DNA of 62,628 nt, the filler included, from Chrysochromulina tobinii (taxonomy: Eukaryota): NCBI GenBank assembly GCA_001275005.1. It is 9 parts of 9 records of this genome, joined end to end, with 100 filler letters (N's around TTAATTAATTAA, not from the genome) between each part and the next. Parts side by side here need not be neighbours in the genome. Positions count along the whole stretch, not along the records: positions 1 to 4,230 come from JWZX01000552.1; positions 4,331 to 6,116 come from JWZX01000553.1; positions 6,217 to 26,455 come from JWZX01000554.1; 6 more parts are not named here. The stretch is one strand, 5' to 3'. Position numbers and translations under genes: made by a program. The notes beneath the pieces were generated by a model, which worked only from the letters and a program-made list of their open reading frames with translations, did no database searches and was not told where the DNA came from. This document shows positions 1-9,758 of this stretch, one piece after another; the stretch's first letter is position 1, and each line of letters starts with the position of its first letter.

Positions 1-2
1 GC

Positions 3-242
3 GCCGAGCTGCGCGCTGAGCGCGAGGCGGCGGCCCTCCGTCTGGAGCAGCAGTCCGAGGCGGCGATGGACTGGATGGGTGAGGTGATGCTCCAGTGCCG
101 AGCTCACGCCCAGATGCGCCGTATTTGCAATGCATCGACCCTCGCTTCCGATAGACTCGCTCGCACGCTCGGCCTCTTCGGCCCCAGCGCGCCGCGCTGC
201 GAAAGCAGGTTACTCACGTTTGAGCAGTATCGCGTGCATTAA
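3..242 (+). CDS. 3' end of an unknown coiled-coil protein (partial)
   Basis: Open frame from the window start (AELRAEREAAALRLEQQSEAAMDW...EQYRVH*) ending at TAA 240-242, followed by AT-rich sequence. Confidence 0.35.
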   Translation, partial: AELRAEREAAALRLEQQSEAAMDWMGEVMLQCRAHAQMRRICNASTLASDRLARTLGLFGPSAPRCESRLLTFEQYRVH

Positions 243-537
243 AAACGTGTCGTGTGACTATAAGAATCATGACTCATGTTTCCACGTGTTTCATGTACCA
301 TGACGAAGGTATTTATGCTATATAGGCTTATGTTCATAACGCGGATGGGCTATGACGCTGAAGCGGAGAACAGGAAACGCGGGTCCCGGGCACCTACTCG
401 GGCAAACGCCCTCCGTTAACGCCTCGCCGACCCCTGTGGACGACCCACATATTTTGAACTTCGTTGGCTTGCCACGCAGGCGTTGCTCGCGTACATCGTG
501 AGGCTCTCGATGTACTCGCTCATCGTGCACTCCTCCG

Positions 538-981
538 TCAAGAGCGACACGGCAGCTGTGTTACCGCCGTGCACGCCGCCGCAAAAGGCGAAACCACCGC
601 CTTCATGTCAGAGCCGTACGACATCCAGCCACGCAGCCCAAGAAAAGCCTGGGCTGGGCCAAAGAGTGATGCGCCATCCTGGCCTTCCCACAACCACCTG
701 ATCAACTTCAGCCGAGCCTCGGCGGCCGATGGAATTGTCTGCAAGTGTCGCGTCTGCACGAGGGCCGCGGCGCCAACGGCATGTGCAAAGCCGGCCGCGC
801 CATGCCACCGCCCGCTCTCGAAGACTATGCGCTGCACCTGCAGCATCATCACGTGCAAGTCGTCTTGCGTCGCTTGAAGGCGCGCGGCACTCAGGTAAAC
901 GTAATCGCACGCGCGGCCGAGTAAGGCGAGTTGTGTTGCGAGATGCCGCTGCAGCTCGTCGCCTGCAACACACGGGTGCAC
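538..981 (-). CDS. Hypothetical helical protein segment, possibly a downstream exon of the 999-2588 gene
   Basis: Protein-like composition (QRHLATQLALLGRACDYVYL...LKLIRWLWEG); lies just downstream of the 999-2588 ORF on the same strand. Confidence 0.3.
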   Translation of the reverse strand: MHPCVAGDELQRHLATQLALLGRACDYVYLSAARLQATQDDLHVMMLQVQRIVFESGRWHGAAGFAHAVGAAALVQTRHLQTIPSAAEARLKLIRWLWEGQDGASLFGPAQAFLGLRGWMSYGSDMKAVVSPFAAACTAVTQLPCRS

Positions 982-998
982 GCGGGGGAGAGTGAGAT

Positions 999-2588
999 TC
1001 AGAGCGAGAGAGCAGATTGGCGAGTGGGTGACGTCGCGTTACCTGCTAATTGCACGCAATCCTGGAGCGAGGTGAGCAGGTTGGGGTCCAGGCTCATTGT
1101 CGCGGCCGACTTGGCGATGCTGACCGTTAGTCTCAGCGCCGCTTTGGCCGCCTTGTATTGATCACTTCTCGGGCGCGGCAGGGTTCGGACAGCCGCCTCA
1201 GCCATCGCGATGTGCATCCCCTGCTCTGCTGGTGAGCTGCCTCCACGCACCTGCACAAGAGCAGCGCGACCGGCTGGCTTCTTGAGCGCTGCAACGAGCG
1301 CGCCGCATTGATTGAAGAGGTCCACGCCCTTGGCGCGCGGGCCAGCACCGACACCGAGCACGAGGAAGCGAAGGATTTCCAGCAGAGTGTTGGTATCCCC
1401 CTCGAACTCAGGCTTGCCCACCAGAGGGCCGAGCGCCTCGACGACCGATACGATCGGAGTCTCAAAGGTCGACTGGCTGCACCGCGTCGATACGGCGCTG
1501 TCCGCTGTGAGCCGCACAGCGTCGCACCGGTTGATGTTGATGTTGCTCGCCATTTGATGCGATGGCAAATGGAGGAACGTTTGCATAGCTTTCTTCGACG
1601 AGCCGTCCAACTTGTCGGCAGCTCCGCTCAGCTTGATGATTGTGGACTCCTGCACCGGCTGAGATGCCTTCGTCGTGAGTGCCGAGACGTCCGCCGTCGC
1701 TGGCGCAGCCAGTCCCGTCGCTCGTTTGGCCACCGGCGCCCCGGCCATCTCTTGCGCGGCTACTGTGTCCCCCACGCGTGCCCTTTTGCCGAGAATGGCC
1801 TCCGGACGCTCGTGCTGCTGCTGTGCGGCCGAAGGCAAGCCTGCACTTATGGCGGCGTTGCTGTCATAGGAATGCACCTTGCTGTCTTTGCTGGCACCGC
1901 AGCCACCGCCGCGCAGGTTCAGGCATTTACTTTCCATTCCCGAGCCCAAGACGGCGGAACCCGAGACGGCGGAACCCGAGACGGTAACGGAGCTCGAGGT
2001 ACGCGCGCCGTGTGCGCGGAGCTCTGCGACTGCGGCGGTGCCCTCGATGCTCATGGAGGTGGAGACGGAGTTGGCGGCGATGACGACGGCGGAGGTAGCG
2101 CTGCAGGTGGTGACGGAGAAAGGTGTGATGGCGGTGGAGGCCGCATTTGTGGCGACGGAGGTGGCGATGAGGGTGGCTGCGCCGCGCGTGGAGGGTGTAA
2201 CGAAGGTGGGAGAGATGACGGCCTCACTTTTGAGGACGGCCCCCGAAACACTGCCAAAGTCGGTGCCACCGGCTCGATCCACGGCCAGGGCGACACGATC
2301 ACATGAATCGTGTCCGCCAGGATCGTAGTCTTGTGCGCGACCTCCAAAGAGAACTCGCGGCTCGTGGCTCGGCTGCAGTGGTGCCGTCGGCAGTACGAGA
2401 TTGTGGTGGTTCGCACCGGCGTGGTCCGAGGCCTCTGTGGCCCGCACCTCCGTGCCACCGCCCTCGCCGCCGCCGCCCTGGCCACCGCCGCCCTCGCTCT
2501 CGCCTCCTCCGCCCTTGCTCCCGCCCTCGCCGCCCGCACGTCGGAGCTCAAGCATACGCGCACAGAGCGCACAGAGCTCCTCCTTCAT
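999..2588 (-). CDS. Hypothetical protein: low-complexity N-terminus, internal LRGG-GCGASK motif, helical C-terminal region
   Basis: Long ORF; first ATG at 2588 (the tracked TTG start lies inside a microsatellite); motif CLNLRGGGCGASK at about 1887-1925. Confidence 0.55.
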   Translation of the reverse strand: MKEELCALCARMLELRRAGGEGGSKGGGGESEGGGGQGGGGEGGGTEVRATEASDHAGANHHNLVLPTAPLQPSHEPRVLFGGRAQDYDPGGHDSCDRVALAVDRAGGTDFGSVSGAVLKSEAVISPTFVTPSTRGAATLIATSVATNAASTAITPFSVTTCSATSAVVIAANSVSTSMSIEGTAAVAELRAHGARTSSSVTVSGSAVSGSAVLGSGMESKCLNLRGGGCGASKDSKVHSYDSNAAISAGLPSAAQQQHERPEAILGKRARVGDTVAAQEMAGAPVAKRATGLAAPATADVSALTTKASQPVQESTIIKLSGAADKLDGSSKKAMQTFLHLPSHQMASNININRCDAVRLTADSAVSTRCSQSTFETPIVSVVEALGPLVGKPEFEGDTNTLLEILRFLVLGVGAGPRAKGVDLFNQCGALVAALKKPAGRAALVQVRGGSSPAEQGMHIAMAEAAVRTLPRPRSDQYKAAKAALRLTVSIAKSAATMSLDPNLLTSLQDCVQLAGNATSPTRQSALSL

Positions 2589-2602
2589 CCTGCCTGTGAA
2601 CG

Positions 2603-2630
2603 AAGTCAAGTCAAGTCAAGTCAAGTCAAG
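2603..2630. repeat. (TCAAG)5 microsatellite
   Basis: aagtcaagtcaagtcaagtcaagtcaag seen directly. Confidence 0.9.
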
Positions 2631-2787
2631 AGGGCAAATGTTCTGATGAGAACTGCAGGGCACGACCTTTACAATTTGCATTGGTGCCTCACAGCGATCC
2701 CAGTACCCGAAATCTGCACCCGAACGGACAAGTCAGCGTTTCGCTTCGTCATAGAACATCAAACTTTTTGCCGGAGTCGCGAGGACA

Positions 2788-3606
2788 ATGAGTAAGCGCC
2801 CTGCTCGCCTCGCTGCCCAGGCCGCGAGCTCGCGCCTCTCGGAGCTCGCGCACGAGCAAGTGGTGATCGGCTCGAGCGAGAGCGAATTGAGCGATGATGC
2901 CGCTGAGGACGAGGACGAGCAGTCGTCCTCCAACGAGGCCGAGCCCCCGCAGCTATCCGCGTACGAGCTGCAGCGTTTGGATAACATCCGCAAGAACAAT
3001 GCGGTCCTCGCCGATCTCGGCCTTAGTGGGGGCAGCACCCACGTTGCTGCGGCGCCCAGACGCGCTGCACCCGCTGCCGCCTCCACTGCGACGGCCCGCG
3101 GCAAGAGCCGCGCGCCGCCACCGGCTCCAGTGCCACGCAAGCGCGCGCGCTCACCATCGGTCGCGTCTACCGACTCAGACTCGGACGACGACGACGATGG
3201 CGATTACGAGGTGGACGAGGACGACTTTGAGTACGAGGACCGTCCCCGTGCGCGCACTTGGTCCCCGCCCAAGAGCTCATCCGCGGCCTCGGCCCCGCGC
3301 TCGGCATCGACCAGCACCGCCAGCACGCGGACTGCAGACTCGGTGGCGCCTTGGGTCCCTCCGAGCACCGCGATGCGCAAGGAGCGGACCGTTGGGGCTG
3401 CGAGCGTCGACCCCTTCTTCGCCCTGCTCTGCGACGGCGCCAAGCTCATCACACCACAGCACATCCGAACGCAAGCGCGTCGGCTCGGACTGGACCTGTC
3501 GGCCTTCACCGAGGAGAAGGCGCAGCTGATGATCGAGTGCTTCGACAGCGGCGCCAAAGGGGCGCTCGATAAGAGCGATTTTCGACGGCTGTGCGAGCGG
3601 GCATGA
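2788..3606 (+). CDS. Acidic, probably nuclear protein with an LSAYE..RL.NI..N...L..LGL motif and C-terminal degenerate EF-hand(s)
   Basis: LSAYELQRLDNIRKNNAVLADLGL resembles the N-terminal helix of WDR76/CDCA7-type chromatin proteins; MIECFDSGAKGALDKSDF is EF-hand-like. Confidence 0.7.
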   Translation: MSKRPARLAAQAASSRLSELAHEQVVIGSSESELSDDAAEDEDEQSSSNEAEPPQLSAYELQRLDNIRKNNAVLADLGLSGGSTHVAAAPRRAAPAAASTATARGKSRAPPPAPVPRKRARSPSVASTDSDSDDDDDGDYEVDEDDFEYEDRPRARTWSPPKSSSAASAPRSASTSTASTRTADSVAPWVPPSTAMRKERTVGAASVDPFFALLCDGAKLITPQHIRTQARRLGLDLSAFTEEKAQLMIECFDSGAKGALDKSDFRRLCERA

Positions 3607-3607
3607 T

Positions 3608-3785
3608 CGAGCACCTGACAAGGCGAGCACCTGACAAGGCGAGCACCTGACAAGGCGAGCACCTGACAAGGCGAGCACCTGACAAGGCGAGCACCTGACA
3701 AGGCGAGCACCTGACAAGGCGAGCACCTGACAAGGCGAGCACCTGACAAGGCGAGCACCTGACAAGGCGAGCACCTGACAAGGCG
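3608..3785 (+). repeat. Perfect 16-bp tandem array (CGAGCACCTGACAAGG) x11
   Basis: Directly visible; begins 1 nt after the stop codon of the 2788-3606 gene; no spacers between units. Confidence 0.95.
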
Positions 3786-4077
3786 GGCACTGAGGCCCCG
3801 ATGACATCGAGCGCCGGCGGGGACCCGGGACGGCGGACGCATCCACCTGGCATCCACAGCATCCGGGTCATCGCCCCATGCGCCCCATCAGAGCATCACT
3901 CTCATCGCGCATGCACACGGCCGTGCCTGATAGTACATATTCCGGCCGTTCTCGCCACAACCGTCATGCCAAAAGGCAGGCTCGTGTACACAGTATCCGC
4001 ATCCAGACGTACAGGGGGCACGCTGGCGGCACACGCGGTGATGAGGGTGCTCTGCCGCTCGCCTTGTCAGGTGCTCG
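3608..4077. mobile_element. Putative MITE-like element bounded by inverted repeats
   Basis: 4057-4077 (gctcgccttgtcaggtgctcg) is the exact reverse complement of 21 nt of the array; about 270 bp of non-coding interior. Confidence 0.5.
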
Positions 4078-4230
4078 GTTATGTCAGAGTACAGGAGCGG
4101 AAATAGAAACTGCGCTCTGTATCCTGGAATCTGTGCTCCCTATAGAGTCCCTACGTTGCTCGTTGGCAAGCCCTAGGTATTAGACTCGGAAACTTGGAAT
4201 CTGGGAATTTGTGCGTCCGTCTTGCTGCGA

Positions 4231-4330
4231 NNNNNNNNNNNNNNNNNNNNNNNNNNNNNNNNNNNNNNNNNNNNTTAATTAATTAANNNNNNNNNNNNNN
4301 NNNNNNNNNNNNNNNNNNNNNNNNNNNNNN
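4231..4330. other. Artificial contig linker
   Basis: 44 N + TTAATTAATTAA (stops in all six frames) + 44 N. Confidence 0.99.
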
Positions 4331-4739
4331 CAGCACGGCGCGATCGCCCACGGCGCACCAGCTCGCGGCAGTGGGCGTGCTCGTGGGCGTGCTGATCACG
4401 CTGCGCGCGTGCACGATGGTTGCATGCGCGGCATGCGCACCGAAAGAGCAGCACCACCGGGGCCGAGTAGATCTATATAAGATTCTTATTATAAGTAAAC
4501 GACAGATTCACGCATGTTTTCTCGTTTGTATGAAGTTGACTTTGTAAGCACAACGAAGACACGACACCCGCGCACGTGAAAGTCACAAAGTGTGTCGGAC
4601 ACGCCGAGAGACGATGGCTCGATACTCGCTCGACAGCATCATGCTCTCGACAGTCACCGATCCATCGGAATCGCGGGTCTACACACGAGAGGCTGCTCAT
4701 CGGCCTCCAGCGTCGAGTACACAACAAGTACAACACACA

Positions 4740-5644
4740 TCACACGAGCCGGAGGCACAGCTTCTGGAACTCGACGAGCTCGTAGCCGGCCTTGGCCCGT
4801 ATCTGCCGCTTCGCTTCAGGGGTCAGCCAGGACACGCTCCGCGTCAGATGCACACTCGCCCACAACGCTGCCGAACGCAAACCCCATACCTCTCGCGCGA
4901 TCGCGAGCGGCGAACCGCGCAGCTCGAGGCACACGCTGGCGTGGACGCGCAGTCGCCGCGGGCACTGCGGTGGCACCCATGCGACCGACCCGAGCGGCAC
5001 GGAGATGCGCATCGTCGAGTCGACGTTGTAGCTGACAGCGTGCCGGGCCTCAACCACCGGGCCGCTCAGCCTCCCGAACTTGAAGACGAGCGTGTCCGGC
5101 TGTCCGCCGCGTCAACGTAAGCGAGGGCGGTCGTCGCCTCCCCGCCATCGACTCGCCGCTTGTGCGTGGTCGAGCCGAGCTGCCGCTTCGGATTGACCAC
5201 GCCGTACTCGTCGAAGAGGTCGACTGCGCACGAAACCGGCCGATGCCCGAAGAAGTCGGGCAGCTCGGAGAGCCAGACACTCATCTGCAGCGTGAGGAGC
5301 GTCATATCGCTACCCACGAGCCCGAAGGCGGTCTCGAGTCGCTGCCACTCCAGTCCGTACTCGAGGATACGGATCAGGCACTCGAGGTGCGGCCGATCTC
5401 CGGCCACGCTCACGGCCACGCTGACGTCCGCCTGCAGCTCATTGCGATCCATGAGTGCCACGCCGCCGCACGCGAGGGCCTCGCCGCCTCGACGCCTCAC
5501 TTCTACGGCCGAGAGAACAAGCCTCTCGAGCCCACTCCGTGTGAATGTTTTCACGCTCGCATGCAGAAGAAAAAAGCGAGCGCTCGATCGCGCTGGGCAC
5601 CCGAAGATAAGGATTAAGAAAGGTGGTTTAGGAGCCATGTTCAC
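4740..5644 (-). pseudogene. Hypothetical protein split by an apparent frameshift near 5110
   Basis: ORF 5066-5644 (LECLIRILEYGLEWQRLETAF...AYVD) reads naturally into another frame (RGGQPDTLVFKFGRLSGPVVEARH...), which is the frame of ORF 4740-5057. Confidence 0.35.
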
Positions 5645-6116
5645 ACCAGACGAGAAAGGTCCCTAACAAAAGTACAGACCTTGGCTCCGTTGTGGCAGGC
5701 CAACTATAAAGTTCAAAATATGAGGCGACGTGCACAACGCCCGGGCGAAGCCGACGGAGCAGCCACGGCGCATCGTCGACGGCGACCTTGTCCGCGGCCA
5801 CAGCGCACCCATCGGCGGTCAGCACGGCCAACCGGCCGTCGGGCGCAAAGCCGGGCGCGTTCGCGGCGAGCTTGAGGGCTGCGAGGAGCGAGCAGCGCTC
5901 CGGCGAGGTCTCTCAGAAGCAATCAGAGGCAATCAGAGGCACTCAGAGGCACTCAGAGGCACTCAGAGACACTCATTCGCACTCATTCGCACTCATTCGC
6001 ACTCATTCGCACTCATTCGCACTCATTAGCAATCAGAGGCACTCAGAGGCAATCAGTCGCAATCAATGGCAATCAATCGCAATCAGTGGCAAGCCCACCT
6101 GCGAGGAGCGCGCGCC
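5628..6116 (-). CDS. Partial spliced gene with a weakly sacsin-like segment
   Basis: Exon 6099-6116 joined across intron 5879-6098 gives RALLAALKLAANAPGFAPDGRLAVLTADGCAVAADKVAVDDAPWL..VH, which recalls the sacsin (N/D)DAPWL..VH motif. Confidence 0.35.
5879..6098 (-). other. GT-AG intron filled with 10-bp tandem repeats and flanked by a 12-bp direct repeat
   Basis: Minus strand CAG|GTGGGC...CTCGCAG; units a(a/c)tcagaggc and actcattcgc; ctgcgaggagcg occurs at both 5879-5890 and 6099-6110. Confidence 0.7.
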
Positions 6117-6216
6117 NNNNNNNNNNNNNNNNNNNNNNNNNNNNNNNNNNNNNNNNNNNNTTAATTAATTAANNNNNNNNNNNNNNNNNNNNNNNNNNNN
6201 NNNNNNNNNNNNNNNN
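6117..6216. other. Artificial contig linker
   Basis: N44-TTAATTAATTAA-N44. Confidence 0.99.
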
Positions 6217-6319
6217 TTCCGGGACTTAATCCCCCCCCCTCCATCAATCCCTTGTCAATCTCTTGTCCTTACTCCCCCCCCTCCATCAATCCCTTGTCAA
6301 TCCCTTGTCCTCGGCGCAG

Positions 6320-6907
6320 CTCAACTCGCCCAAGAAGGGCATTCGCAAGGAGGCGTGCTGGACGATTTCGAACATCACGGCTGGGACGCGCGAGCAGATC
6401 CAAGCGGTCATCGAGGCGAACATCATCCCGCCGCTCGTGCACCTCCTCGCCACCGCTGAGTTTGATATCAAGAAGGAGGCGGCCTGGTCCATTTCCAACG
6501 CGACGAGCGGCGGCTCGCCTGAGCAGATCAGGTACCTGGTGCAGCAGGGATGCATCAAGCCGCTGTGCGACCTCCTCACATGCAACGACCCGCGCCTCGT
6601 GACCGTTGCCCTCGAGGGCATCGAGAATGTGCTCAAGGCTGGCGAGCACGAGGCGCCAACCACCGGCGGCACCAACCCGTACACGCAATTCGTGGACGAG
6701 GCGGAAGGGATCGACAAGCTCGAGGCGCTGCAAAACCACTCCAACGAGGACGTGTACAAGAAGGCGATGCACATCCTCGAGACCTACTACGGCCTCGACG
6801 AGGACGACGGGACGATCGCGCCCGAGATGACGCAGTCCGGCTTCCTCTTCCAGACGCCGCAGGCGCCGCCCCCAGGCCCCGGGGGGGGTGGCTTCCAGTT
6901 CGGCTGA
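6320..6907 (+). CDS. KPNA: Importin subunit alpha, final exon (last ARM repeats); 5' part missing
   Basis: [58 protein letters not shown]; pyrimidine-rich intron ends cgcag at 6319, in frame. Confidence 0.97.
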   Translation, partial: LNSPKKGIRKEACWTISNITAGTREQIQAVIEANIIPPLVHLLATAEFDIKKEAAWSISNATSGGSPEQIRYLVQQGCIKPLCDLLTCNDPRLVTVALEGIENVLKAGEHEAPTTGGTNPYTQFVDEAEGIDKLEALQNHSNEDVYKKAMHILETYYGLDEDDGTIAPEMTQSGFLFQTPQAPPPGPGGGGFQFG

Positions 6908-7056
6908 GGGGGAGCCGTAGCCGATAGGGTGGCGCCACTCCCCGGCGCCCGTCGGCTCGGCGGCCTCGTGAACGAGACCGCGCTCCCCCAACCCATCCCT
7001 CTTGCCCATGGGGCTCGCGACCGAATTCCCCGGAGAGGGATGGCAGGGCAGCCCCT

Positions 7057-7113
7057 CCGCTGCCCTGCCGCTGCCCTGCCGCTGCCCTGCCGCTGCCCCG
7101 CCGCTGCCCCGCC
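7057..7113. repeat. 11-bp tandem repeat (ccgctgccctg) about x5 in the 3' flank
   Basis: Directly visible. Confidence 0.85.
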
Positions 7114-7479
7114 ATCCCTGCTGCTGTCCCCCCCGCGCTTTGCACACGCTGGGGGAGTTTGAAAAGGAGAGAGACGAGATGAGATGCATCGCTCACATCG
7201 TTAAGGAAGAGTCGGTCGTCTGAAGATGTAAGATCTGCGTCGGGCGTTTCGGAAGTCCTACTAGTCTCTCACGCTGTTGGTGTGGATTTGCTTGGATGAA
7301 ACCACTTCTCGAATGCGCAACTCGAACTTGCGCGCGACGGCGCCTCCCCCCGAAATATTACTCTTGTAGAGAAGGAAGCTCAAATTGGAAAGGTCGCGGA
7401 TTCGGGTGTGGCTTCTTGTGTGGCCTCGCAACCTGTCCGCCTGTGCCGAGCTTGTGGCCGTCCGAGCGCGCAGCACGCG

Positions 7480-9270
7480 ATGCCCGTGCCGGCGGTCAAC
7501 GGTGGCAGCGTGTCGGCCTCATCGTCCAACCGGCCGGAGTCGGCCAAGCTCCCGCGAGGCGGAGGTAACCCGACAGGATCGTCAAACGCAACCAGCGGAG
7601 GTAAGTCGTCGGAATCGTCGTCGAGTGCACCAGCAGGCAAGAAGACCAAAATTGTAAGGATAGGACCGCCTCCACCGCAACCCGGAGTGTACGTTGCGCG
7701 GCAGAAGCTGAGAGTGCGGCAAGGCTACGAGCTCGACAGTGAGGAGGTTGACCCACTCCCCGCCGATACACACTTGCGAATTTTGGACCAGCGGGTGCTG
7801 CCTGATTCTGGTGTTCGGCGGGCGTGGGTATCTCTTGAAAAGGACGAGCGCACGCCATACGGCTGGATCACAACGGTCGCCAAAGATGGGAGTGACAGCA
7901 TCAAGCTCGAAGGAGCCGGACTTCCGACCGATGATGACCATCTCTTTAGCGACGACGATGACGTCGACGACGAGGAGGCTGCGCAGGGCAGTGTGTCGGT
8001 GCCCACGGCGCAAACGCCACCAACAGCCAGTCCCGCCGCCGCCGCCGCCGGATCAGCAGCGTCAGTGCCGTCTACTTCAAAAGCAGTCCGCACGCCTGCG
8101 GCCGCTTCGACTAGAGCTGCGGCTGCCACGACGCAGTCCGGCGAAAGTCAGGCTTCATCCTCGTCCGCTCGATCGCTGAGCGCGCCATCAGCTGCATGCC
8201 AAGAGCTGCACACGATTGCCCGCGCCTATCTCGACATGGTCGCCGCGGAGGCTGAGTTGCTGGACGAGAAGTACAAGACGCTCAGGACGCGCATTGGCGA
8301 GGCTCTTGCGGCCACCCAAGCCAAGGTGAAAGAGCTTGTGGTGTCATGGGCGAAGGATGGACACCAGCCCATTTCGAAGATGGACTTTCGGAAGCACGTG
8401 CGTAGGGTGATCAAGGAAGATGATACCAAGAAGATTGACGAGCTCTTCGGCGAGCTGGACGATGATGGAAGTGGGTCGCTCGACGTGAAGGAGCTAACGG
8501 CGACCTTCAACAGTTTGCAGGATGAGGCCAAACTCGCCAAGGCACGAGCTGAGGCGATTCGCCAGCGCTGCGCCTTTCTGCAGAGCCGGGCCGGTGCGGC
8601 CACGCTAGCCGCCGACACGATGGCCGCAGCCGAGGAAGCTCTGGTGGAGCTCAATCGCATCAAGGGCAGCAAAACGCTGGGCAACACCGTTGGCGAGGCT
8701 CTGATCACGAAGAACTTCAAGGTCGGTGAAATTGTTGGCCAATGGGATTCCACTAAGGGAGAGGTGAGCAAACCCCAATTCCGCAAGAACCTAGCCAAGA
8801 GTCTAGATGTCAAGGCACCGGCAGAGCAAGTAGATCGACTGTTCGATAGGTTTGATAAGGACAGCGGTGGCACATTGGACTTGGACGAGCTCAAGGCTGC
8901 TATGGAGATCCTCAATGAGGAACATAAGCAGAGGGAGAATGCCCTCGCAGTCCAGCAGGCTAAGCATGAGTCGCTCGCAAAGACGGCCAAGAGCATGCAC
9001 GCGGATGTCAAGAAGATGTACCAGGCAGACCAGGACGAGGCCAAGCAAAAGGCAGAGGCAGAGGCAAAGGAAGCCAAGCAGCGCGCTCTTGCGGAGGCGA
9101 ACGCGCAAGCCGCGAGAGATGCCGCGAAGGAGGCTGCAGAGACGAAGAAGGCGGCGGAAAAGGCCGAGTTTGAACGCAAGGTCGAGGAAAGGAGGATTGC
9201 GAAGGCCGTTACCCACGCCGCTGCCGCGCTGCCGACTGCGCCGCCCAGTCGAGGAGTAAGAAATAGGTAA
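7480..9270 (+). CDS. EF-hand/coiled-coil protein with an N-terminal SH3b-like domain
   Basis: EF loops DDDGSGSLDVKE and DKDSGGTLDLDE; N-terminal LRVRQGYELDSEEVDPL...PYGWIT resembles a bacterial-type SH3; ATG at 7480. Confidence 0.8.
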   Translation: MPVPAVNGGSVSASSSNRPESAKLPRGGGNPTGSSNATSGGKSSESSSSAPAGKKTKIVRIGPPPPQPGVYVARQKLRVRQGYELDSEEVDPLPADTHLRILDQRVLPDSGVRRAWVSLEKDERTPYGWITTVAKDGSDSIKLEGAGLPTDDDHLFSDDDDVDDEEAAQGSVSVPTAQTPPTASPAAAAAGSAASVPSTSKAVRTPAAASTRAAAATTQSGESQASSSSARSLSAPSAACQELHTIARAYLDMVAAEAELLDEKYKTLRTRIGEALAATQAKVKELVVSWAKDGHQPISKMDFRKHVRRVIKEDDTKKIDELFGELDDDGSGSLDVKELTATFNSLQDEAKLAKARAEAIRQRCAFLQSRAGAATLAADTMAAAEEALVELNRIKGSKTLGNTVGEALITKNFKVGEIVGQWDSTKGEVSKPQFRKNLAKSLDVKAPAEQVDRLFDRFDKDSGGTLDLDELKAAMEILNEEHKQRENALAVQQAKHESLAKTAKSMHADVKKMYQADQDEAKQKAEAEAKEAKQRALAEANAQAARDAAKEAAETKKAAEKAEFERKVEERRIAKAVTHAAAALPTAPPSRGVRNR

Positions 9271-9758
9271 GATAACTCAGGCGCCATCGAATAGCCAAAC
9301 CGAGCGGCGCGACCCACTGTACCATTGTAAAGTGCAGCGCGCCCGTTCGCAGTGGTGATCGTGAATAACTAAGAATAACTTAGTGATAACTCAATTCGAT
9401 AACTTTGTATGTCGTATGTGGCTCGTTTTAGAAAGAAACGTATAGCACGGGTCTCTAGAGCCTTAAAAGCAATAGGTCTCTAGAGCTTAAAAGCAACAGG
9501 ACGGATCATTATCAATTTACCATGGGCGTATGCCGAACTCTCCAAATGCCATTGTCCTCAGTCATGAGTCATCCCCCGGAACGCCGGCAGGATCATCGAC
9601 CTAGGCAAAGATGTGTCTCCCTGGAGCAGCTGGCCCTTCTTTTTGTCTACAATCGAATCCGGTTACCCCTAAATAGACGGATACACATGTAGACCTGCTG
9701 GAACGGACGGAAGGCATAGGAGAAACTTTTCAGGAACACGTGGCTCAGCTGGAACGCC

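Noticed and set aside
3608..3785. CRISPR array
   Set aside because: Units are contiguous 16-mers with no unique spacers, there are no cas genes, and the context is eukaryotic
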